Shown piece by piece: positions 55,023-64,000 of a DNA stretch of 64,000 nucleotides. Source of the DNA: Chrysomallon squamiferum (Eukaryota > Animalia > Mollusca). The position numbers were made by a program, and so were the translations under genes. The DNA lies in contig CM022677.1 in NCBI GenBank assembly GCA_012295275.1, forward strand, positions 13,144,001 to 13,208,000, in the 5' to 3' direction. Positions within the stretch are counted from its first letter, which is position 1. The number at the start of each line of letters is the position of its first letter. Below the pieces are notes generated by a model. The model did no database searches and was not told where the DNA came from. It worked only from the letters and a program-made list of their open reading frames with translations.

Positions 55023-55512
55023 TTGTGAGAGTGAGCCCTGAAAAAAAAAAAAGTGCTTAGAGATTGAATTAAATCTTCTTTCCTTGTTGTTTTTTATTAT
55101 ATATATATATTAAAGTTTTAAAAAAGAAAGGATTTAATAAGAAGAATAACCAGTAAGAATTAGGCATAAATAACTGGATATGGAACTGTTATTATTTTTT
55201 ATAATAGTAATAATTAAAACACAGCATTTAAAGCTGTTTGTAGAAAAATAAATGAATTAAAATATATATAAAAAAAAAAATTAAAAAAAATTAAAAAAAG
55301 GCTGTAAGGAATAGTACTAAATAAAAACAAATATAAAAAAACGATAAAAAGATTTAAATTAAGTAAATATATAATAATATGAAATAATAATAAAAGAGGT
55401 AAAATAAAGTAGGTGATAAATAAATAGAAAACATTTTAAGTAAGAAAGAAAAAATAAATGAATAAATAAAGTATGTTACGTGTAAATAATATATTAAAAT
55501 GTGGATTCCTAC

Positions 55513-55804
<292 letters not shown>

Positions 55805-56205
55805 GTGTGTGTATGTGTATGTGTATTTGTATATTTTATAATATACTGTAAAGTGTGTCTAATATTAGTAAGATTTTGTTTAAAGTTCCTTTAATACATA
55901 GATATTTTTCTCAAACGGTATGTACGTGACTGTGTATGTTTCATATATATATATATATGTATATTATAGATTTTGATGGAATAGTCTGAACTAAGCTTAT
56001 CACACATTCTAATAATATTCAGAGTACCGGAAAGGCAGCTTCATGTGTACATTCTCATAGGTAGTGAATAATTTGACTGAAGCTTTGTCTGCGAATGAGA
56101 TAAAACATAATTAAGTATAGGTCCTAAAAAAAATCATATATGATGTTTGCACCCAAACAAACACACACACAAACATAACAGAAATACACCCAAAGAGATA
56201 AACTG

Positions 56206-56388
<183 letters not shown>

Positions 56389-56521
56389 TTCGAAATCAAT
56401 AAATAGAGGGAGTGACTGATATCTGAAGAGAAATTTATACATCGCTAGACAGTCAGAGAGAAACATATTCATAATAAGGTATAGAGAGAGACTGATACAC
56501 AGAAAAATACACAGATAGAAA

Positions 56522-56568
<47 letters not shown>

Positions 56569-56648
56569 TGTCATGAATGTTTTTTCCTCCTCCAAATGTC
56601 ACTGATCTTCCCCAACCTCACCATTAGTAGTAGTAGTAGTAGTAGTAA

Positions 56649-56680
<32 letters not shown>

Positions 56681-57029
56681 ATAATCTGTATGTAAATCAA
56701 CAACAACAGCAAAAAAAGAATATATTACTTAATATTGTTTTTGTTTTTCTTAAATATATAGTAATACACTATCATTTTAAAAATGTTCATGCTCATTTCT
56801 AATCAGAAAAATATGCATGATAATAATTTATACTCAAATTCTTAATAAGCTACATTAATAAAATAGCTATTTTAATATTTGAAATAAATGTTTTTAGTAA
56901 CATAATAAGTTTAGAAAATATCTTACTAATAAAATTACAGTATAAACAGGTACACATTGTCTACCTCTGTAGTTACTGTCTCAGAGATGTCATTGCTTGT
57001 ACAGGTTTGTCTCTGTAGCTACTGTCTCA

Positions 57030-57100
57030 GAGATGTCACTGCTTGTACAGGTTTGTAGCTAGTTCATTCAGGCCATTCTTCAGCTCATTTTCAAAATGTT
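57030..57100 (-). pseudogene. VWA exon relic (duplicate of 21785-21850)
   Basis: FENELKNGLNELATNLYK followed by 2 copies of the 46-bp unit. Confidence 0.7.
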
Positions 57101-57913
57101 ACATTGTGACATATTGAAAGAGAACAAAAATATATATATAGTGATAGTGTTAATAAAATGTTGACATACTGAGAGATTCTTAAAAACAAGAGCAACATTA
57201 TTATACTCTCAATCGATTATCTGTCAATTTCATTTTGACATACTGAAAGATGAAAAACACAAAACATTATTTTATATTTAAATTAATTAATAAAACAGAC
57301 TAATATCTGGATTAATATTATACTGTCAATCCAATTTCAACATCTATTACATTATAACATAATGAAAAATTAAAATAAAAGTAATTTTATTATTTATAAT
57401 TGACCATTATTAGGCATTAATATCCAAATATAACATTATGTCACTCACAATAATATGCATATCTATCAACGTATCTATCCATAAATGTATCTATGTGTCT
57501 ATCTATCTAAATATCTATCTATTCTTCTATCTCACCACAAATGTATATAAGAAACATAGAAACAAAAAATGAAAATGTGTATATTTATAAATAAATACAA
57601 CACACAGAAAGAAGTATGTTGGACATTCTGTAAAATGTACAACACAAAATAGATGAAGAGTATGTGCACAGTCATGCGCACAAACCCACTCACCACACTA
57701 AAATACATTCAAAATGGATTTAAAATAAACAAACAAAAAATGAAAATGTGTGCTTATAAAAACAAAACACAACAAGAAATATGTTGGATATTTCTGTAAA
57801 ATGTACAACAACAAAAACTATTAAGAGTATGTACATGGTCATGCACATACACCCACTCACCACACTAAAACACACTCAAAATGGATTTAAAATGAACAAA
57901 CAAACAAATAAAA

Positions 57914-58116
57914 CTAACCCATAGTTTGACAGTTAACATTTGTATTACAATTCACTAAGTAGTTCTGAGTGTTGGATCCAGGACAGTTCTTTCCTCCGTG
58001 TGCAGGTCTGGGGTTTGTACAGAGTCGTGTGTCGTATCTTGTTCTTTTACCAGTGCCACACGTCACACTGCAGGGTCCGTGTCGGTCAAGCTGCCAGTTA
58101 GTCCAGCCACCATCAA
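57914..58116 (-). CDS. Gene B terminal exon: TSP1 repeat (near-identical to the gene A terminal exon)
   Basis: VDGGWTNWQLDRHGPCSVTCGTGKRTRYDTRLCTNPRPAHGGKNCPGSNTQNYLVNCNTNVNCQTMG*. Confidence 0.92.
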
Positions 58117-58734
58117 CTGTACACAGAAACATGTCAACAGTGGAAGCAATGTCTGATACAACAATAAAATATGAATGTGTGTGTTTATTTACGTACATAC
58201 ATACACATATACCTGTGAATGTGCGTGTGTGTTTGTACTTTCTGTATACATACTTTTTGAGAGAAAAATGTCTAACCATTAAAGGAACTTTAAACAAAAT
58301 GTTAATATAAAATTATATATATATATATATGTATAAACTAATTTTTTTTATTTATCTCCATAACGCAAATAAAAAAAAAAAAAAAAAAAAAAAATCCAAT
58401 TAAAGTGACAAATACTTTCTCAGGAAACTGTAAAATAATTTTTGGCAAAAGAAACAGATTTTTTGTTTTGGTTAAAATTAATTTGAAAAACATTCAAAGT
58501 GAGCTATCATATGATTAAATCTATTAATATTAAAATATCTCCAAATGAATTATTGTGAATTATAGTTGAAGTAGAAAGATCAAAACAAAACGTTCTGTGT
58601 ATCTATAATCAAGACTGACATACACACGTACACACGAACACTTGTCGACAAAAGAATAACACAAAAGGTTCATGCACATAAATGTTTACCAAATACATTT
58701 AGTCTTCTGTCTCTGCAGAACTTGGCATTTTCTA

Positions 58735-58777
<43 letters not shown>

Positions 58778-61700
58778 TAAATATAAATAATACCAGTAAT
58801 AGAACAAGTTTCAGTTCTAGTCAACTCTTGAGGTGACATGGCTCCACATCCAGTACTTGAAGAGTTGTCATTGTTACAAATTCTGATGCTGCGTGTTGTC
58901 CACATCCCGACTGATCCAGATGTTACAGAACACTGTGTAACTGCTGTGTACCGTGACCATGGACCCCAGCTAGGACACTGAGGCAAAGTACAAGCACGTG
59001 TGCTTTGATCACTCTGCGGAGATGTTGCTCCACAGCCATTCTTAAATACATTGTCATTCACGCATATTCTTGTTCTTGTTCCTGTTTGAGTGACACCTGA
59101 CCCACACGTCTTAGAGCAAGGTTCATAGGTGTAAGCAGACCAAAATCCCCAAGATGGACACTGGCCTTCAAAGCATTGTTCTTGCCTAACATCTGATTGT
59201 GGTGATAATGTTCCACATCCATTCTTTTCTTTCACATCATTGAGGCACACTCTTGTCCTTTCTGTTTGTTTCGTGCCGGTTCCGCATGTCACTGAACATT
59301 TAGTTTTGTCTGTGTACCCTGTCCATGGTCCCCAGGCAGGACAGTTTGGTAACTGGCAATCAACAATTTGTTTCTGTTCTTGGGGCGATGTTTGTCCACA
59401 AGCAGTTTTGAAGTTATTATCATTAATACAGGTTCTTGTTCTTATACCCGTCTTTGTTGACCCAGTGCCACAGGTTTTTGTGCATGGACCATGTGTGTAA
59501 GCTGTCCATTCACTCCAGTAAGGACAAGCTCCTAGATTACATGTTTTTGTATCGGTTTCCTCTTGTGGTGATTTCGAACCACAACTAAATCCGGTCGTGT
59601 CATTGATGCACTGTCTTCTTCTTGTGCCAGTTTGTGTACCAGATCCACAGGTAACCGAGCAAGCAGCATAGCTGTAAGATGACCACTCACCCCAAAATGG
59701 ACAAGCAGGTCCAGAACATTGTACAGTCTTTTTCTGTACTTGTGGTGATAGAGCCCCACATCCAGTTTTTGAGTTACTGTCATTAATGCATGTCCTAGAT
59801 CTCTGTTGTGTCTTCTCTCCATTTGGTCCACATGTTACAGAGCACTGCGTGATATCACCATATGCTGTCCATGGTCCCCAGAATGCGCATGAAGGCAGTG
59901 AACACGCCCGTGTTTGTGTCTGTTTTTGTGGTGATTGTGAGCCACAGCTGAATCCTGTTGGATCATTTTCACATTTTCTTGTCCTTACACCAGTTTGTGT
60001 AGCAGCTCCACATGTTGCAGAACAGACAACATAAACATACGAACTCCATGCTACCCATGCTGGACAGGGATTTTGTGCTGAACACGATTCAGTTTTTGTT
60101 TCAACTTGTGGTGATTTGTCTCCACACCGATTACCACCTTGTACATCATTCTCGCAAATTCTTGTTCTCTCTTTTGTCAGAGTACCCCCAGAGCCACAGG
60201 TTACTGAGCATGCTGTAACTGCACTGAATGCTGACCATGAACCCCAGGCTACAAAATAAAATAGTAATTACTTTTACTCAAATAACAATTACAGTCCTCA
60301 AATATGAGAAAAATACAATCATAAAGAACAGTGACTTTTTTAATATGAAGAACCCAAACCTTTTATTGTCTTATTTAAAAACAAGTACTTTTTCAGACTG
60401 TACAAGAAAGTATCTTAATAAAAAGATAGCTATAGCAAATTTGAATGTAACGCAATGAAAGACAAACATGTAAATAACAATTCAGTTTTGTATAAATGGA
60501 ATACAAAATATACATTATACATTTAGAAATATGTTCCTTAATGTGAGTATCGATAGATCTAATGTAATTCATTAGCTTCAAATTTTCACTAAATCATTAC
60601 AAACTGAATTAGCCATAATTTTTTCTCCAGAAGTTCTTAAATAAATATGTCGTTATTTCAGTCATTTCACCATTATAGGTAGTGATGTAATTTTATTCCT
60701 GAGATTATTTAGTGACAACACCTTTTCTGACAATCTAGCGATTGTTATTTATTGTCATCTTAGAACAGATGCATAAATGCCTCACAGGAAACAACATGCC
60801 CACCTGTTTGTACATAATTTGTTTAAAAGAAAATTACAGGATGAATATATTTGTTTTAATTATTGCTTGTTACCTGGACATAAGACATTTGTTTCACATG
60901 CTTCTTGAAGATTCCTCCTGTCATCTGTTCCACAGTCTTTGCCTCCATTCTTAGGAGCAGGATTTGAGCATGTTCTTATCTCAAATCTTATTCTAGTGCC
61001 TCTACCACATGTTGCACTACAACTACCCTGTCTCTGAAGTGACCATGCAGACCAGGCACCATCAACTCCACCACTTCCACCTGTAATAATTTAATATTTC
61101 CTATATTCGTTTTACTTTTAATCAGTAAAACGTAGAATGTGAAATTAAAAAACAAATTACGTTTAACAAGCTTTTCTAGTTAAGAACCATGTTATTTGTA
61201 ATTTTGATAAAAGCAGACACAGGAATTAATTCTTGGTCAGTTTAAACTGCTTCCTGTTACATAAACAAAAATAATCACCTGCGTTACATGAACCTCCAGT
61301 ACAGGCTTCTGTGGTTTTGTTACTAACAGTTGTAGTACTATCTGCTAAACACCCTACCCCACCAATGCATATCTTGTAAAGTGTCACAGTTCTTCTACAG
61401 TTTGACAGGCAGGAGCCAACAGACGCTCTTTTCCAACCTGACCATTGCCCATAACCTGTAATAATTTAATATTTCGTATATTCTTTTTGCTTTTAATCAG
61501 TAAAAAGTAGAATGCTAAATGTTTGAAACACAAAATATATTTAATTTAACTAAATAATTCAGGCTAACTCGAGTGCGTCTCACTCGTTTACCTCGCCGCG
61601 GAATCATCTCTCTTGCGTTGTGCTCGGATTTGTGCAGATTTTGCCAAATTTCTTTTTTCTGACCATGGATCCTAAGAAAGTGAGTGCAAAGGACAGTGCT

Positions 61701-62583
61701 GAGGAGAAGATGATGTCCATTGAACTAAAGCGTTAATTCTTAGAAAAACATGAGCGAGGTGTGCGAGTAGTCAACGTGGCTAGGCAGCACGAGCGTAGTA
61801 CTTCTACGACATGCATTATACTGAACCTGAAGGAGTCGATAAAGAATGTAACTCCAGCCAAAGGCGTGAAAATAACTTGTCTGATCTCCATGATAAATAC
61901 ATTTTACAAAACCAATTTATTTCTTTACATTCTCTTCTATTTTATTTTTTTTACCGTACTTGTCATTATAAATAAAAACAAAATTATTATTTAAAAATAA
62001 GTAAAAAAAAAAAAAAGAAATGTGATAATTTTTTAGTGGCTGGCACAGTTTTACGGTATTTCAATTAATTTCAGTTAGAAAATTGATGCAAATTGAAATA
62101 CAAGCTCAGTCACGGAACGCATTAAACTCGTAACTCAAGGCACCACTGTATGTTAAGATATATAATGTCATAAATTAGTAACCGTATAACAGTGAAAGCC
62201 AAAGGACTCTTGTGCCCTGTCTTAGAACTATGTGAATGAATGACAGTTAACACAGTTATTGAATATTATTGCATTTATATCAGTAACATTATGATAGTAA
62301 GTTTTAAAATTATTTACTGTTATTAATAAGTGCGAGTGTAAATGCAATTTATACTGGTGAAATAAATGTTGGTAAGTTTTTTTTTTTTTTAAATGTTTTA
62401 AGTTTTTCTTATTCTTTTGTGATGCCTGATACATTTTTCACTAAGTGGTTCTTGATTTCATTAGATATTATAATACAGAAACTCACTATTTAAGTTATCG
62501 CAATTAATGTCGCAGGGATACAGTATACTGCTTCCAACACACTGCACTAACACCAGTAAGATGACCGCACTAACTGACACCAT
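57914..62583 (-). CDS. Gene B: secreted multi-thrombospondin type-1 repeat protein (signal peptide + 11 TSR, 712 aa)
   Basis: join(62583-62487, 61455-61279, 61080-60874, 60248-58794, 58116-57914) = 2139 nt. All introns are phase 1 and GT-AG, with no internal stop on manual translation. Confidence 0.9.
58794..60248 (-). CDS. Gene B large exon: 8 tandem TSP1 repeats (485 codons)
   Basis: The repeats begin AWGSWSAF, AWVAWSSY, FWGPWTAY, FWGEWSSY, YWSEWTAY, AWGPWTGY, SWGFWSAY and SWGPWSRY. Each has CS/TxTCG (the last has CSVTSG), RxRxCxND and CGxxSPQ. Acceptor TTTTGTAG, donor G|GTATTA. The ORF track shows only the 3' third because there is no upstream start codon in frame. Confidence 0.94.
60874..61080 (-). 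CDS. Gene B exon: canonical TSP1 repeat
   Basis: GGSGGVDGAWSAWSLQRQGSCSATCGRGTRIRFEIRTCSNPAPKNGGKDCGTDDRRNLQEACETNVLCP; 207 nt. Confidence 0.93.
61279..61455 (-). CDS. Gene B exon: divergent 6-Cys TSP1-like repeat
   Basis: SYGQWSGWKRASVGSCLSNCRRTVTLYKICIGGVGCLADSTTTVSNKTTEACTGGSCNA; 177 nt, phase 1-1. Confidence 0.85.
61560..62150 (+). mobile_element. Internally deleted Tigger (pogo-family) DNA transposon in an intron of gene B
   Basis: From ATG 61665: MDPKKVSAKDSAEEKMMSIELKR*FLEKHERGVRVVNVARQHERSTSTTCIILNLKESIKNVTPAKGVKI, a CENP-B-type HTH of Tigger transposases. The right end ...AAACTCGTAACTCAAGGCACCACTG|TA (62148) is a Tigger-type TIR plus TA target. The left TIR was not found. Confidence 0.88.
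62487..62583 (-). CDS. Gene B first coding exon: signal peptide plus short CxxxC segment
   Basis: MVSVSAVILLVLVQCVGSSILYPCDINCDNLN; acceptor TTTTGCAG (exon starts 62587), ACAATGG context, donor GTGAGT. Confidence 0.87.
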
Positions 62584-63339
62584 TGTTCTGCAAAACAAGA
62601 AACTAAATCAAGAAACATGAGCGACACTAACTGCATTTTAAACAAGAGACACGATTGGTTTTAAACCTGCTAAACATAGTGAATTTAAAATCGATATACC
62701 AACAAGACAATAAGCAATTTAATTATCATGTCAGAATTTCATCAACAATTATCAAAAAGGAATAGAAGGCAATTAAAACACATTACAATGAAATATCTCC
62801 ACTTTAGATGATTACGTAACACATTTGGTATTAAACGGAAAAAGATCAAATGGACAGACACTTCCTGAAAATAATTCCAGGCTGTCGTCAGTCTTTGTGT
62901 TAGGTACGCTGTTTTAATACGTTTTATTTGATTTGCTTATACTGACTCATGAATATCATTTGTAAAATAAAAAAAAACAAAAAAACTTAGATTATGTAGA
63001 TGATGTCGTCTTTAAATTGAGAGTGAAATATGGTTTATCACTGTACATGTGTTAGAGAAGTTTGTGGCTTATTGAATATTAATTTTGATTGTATTTAGTT
63101 CTATTATTTAGTATTTTAAACAAATACGCCAAATTAATATGTAAACAATGTCAAATACAAAACGGTTTTTACATAACAATATTACGTACATGTTCCAGCA
63201 GAACTAACATAAATGCTACTGTCTAGATATAATATAAACATAAGAACTGATTACTGGCTTTTTAAAAATAAATCAATCAATAAATCAATCAATAAAAAAC
63301 TATTTTATCTGTAAATAATATTAAAATATAGATTCCTAC

Positions 63340-63540
63340 CTTCAGCCTGCTGGACTAAGGACAGGAGTGAAGTAAAATCTTCAGATAAACATTTTGACTA
63401 ATCGACTTGATCTACCAGTTTTACAAGCTGCATTCATAACAAATCATTTTCAAAACAGAACGGCTCAAAAGAACGACTCTTTGAATAAAACCAATTATTC
63501 GTTATTGTCGGATTCGCATGAATACTTGTTTATTAGATTC
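63340..63540 (-). promoter_or_regulatory. Promoter/non-coding first-exon module, copy 4 (upstream of gene B)
   Basis: Donor AAG|GTAGGA at 63339; same conserved blocks as the other copies. Confidence 0.6.
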
Positions 63541-63602
63541 TGCTGTCTAGAAATGATATAACACTCCGAACTGATCACTGATTTTTAAAGTAAGTATATA
63601 AA

Positions 63603-63638
<36 letters not shown>

Positions 63639-63676
63639 TAAACAATACTGTCTGTAAGTAATATATGGATTCCTAC

Positions 63677-63862
63677 CCTCACATTGCTGTACAAAGGTAA
63701 GGTGTGAAGTAAAATTAACGAATCGATCTAGATCTACCAGTTTCACAAGCTGTATTCATAACAAGTCATTTTCAACATAGAACGGCTCAAAAAAACGATT
63801 CTTTGAATAAAACCAATTATTCGTTATTGTCGGATTCGCGTGAATTATTTTATATGAACTAT
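63677..63862 (-). promoter_or_regulatory. Promoter/non-coding first-exon module, copy 5 (tandem with copy 4)
   Basis: Donor GG|GTAGGA at 63676; minus-strand TATAAAA at 63854-63848. Confidence 0.6.
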
Positions 63863-64000
63863 AACACCATTCTCCCTGTCTCTGTGTCTCTCTCTCTCTA
63901 ACTGTGTTTAGCTCTCTTTTCTCTTTATATCTATTTCTGACAGTATATATATTTCTGATCTTTTTTGAAAAGAGTTCATAGCAAGCATGCTAATAATTTT

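Noticed and set aside
59240-60218. + strand and alternative-frame ORFs overlapping the TSR exon
   Set aside because: Shadow frames of the stop-poor TSR coding exon on the minus strand.
57914-62583. Naming gene B as hemicentin, SCO-spondin, ADAMTS, semaphorin-5 or properdin; naming gene A as matrilin or collagen VI
   Set aside because: The companion domains (Ig, LDLa, metalloprotease, Sema, EGF, collagen helix) are absent, and orthology cannot be shown without a search. No symbol was assigned.

Overview
AT-rich, microsatellite-laden eukaryotic (animal) genomic DNA with GT-AG spliced genes. The style is mollusc/cephalopod-like, but that is an impression, not a determination. A 200-N scaffold gap lies at 39097-39296. 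Two apparently intact minus-strand genes for secreted, Cys-rich extracellular proteins were assembled by hand. Gene A (27600->22663, ~467 aa, or 471 aa with a 12-nt microexon) is signal peptide + degenerate VWA + MIDAS-intact VWA + one TSP1 repeat. Gene B (62583->57914, 712 aa) is signal peptide + 11 TSP1-type repeats, 8 of them in one 1455-bp exon. The two genes end in nearly the same terminal TSP1 exon. That exon is the right edge of an ~12-kb direct segmental duplication (~10.7-22.9 kb vs ~46.3-58.2 kb). Both genes also sit downstream of copies of a ~200-bp non-coding promoter/first-exon module that occurs five times. Decayed VWA exons (~21.8, 33.7 and 57.07 kb) indicate a birth-and-death cluster. 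Also present are pseudogene exons resembling IRAG/MRVI1-LRMP, a TIA1-like RRM gene and ANKRD42, pogo/Tigger transposon relics, and several minisatellites. Almost all ORFs in the supplied track are microsatellite artefacts.
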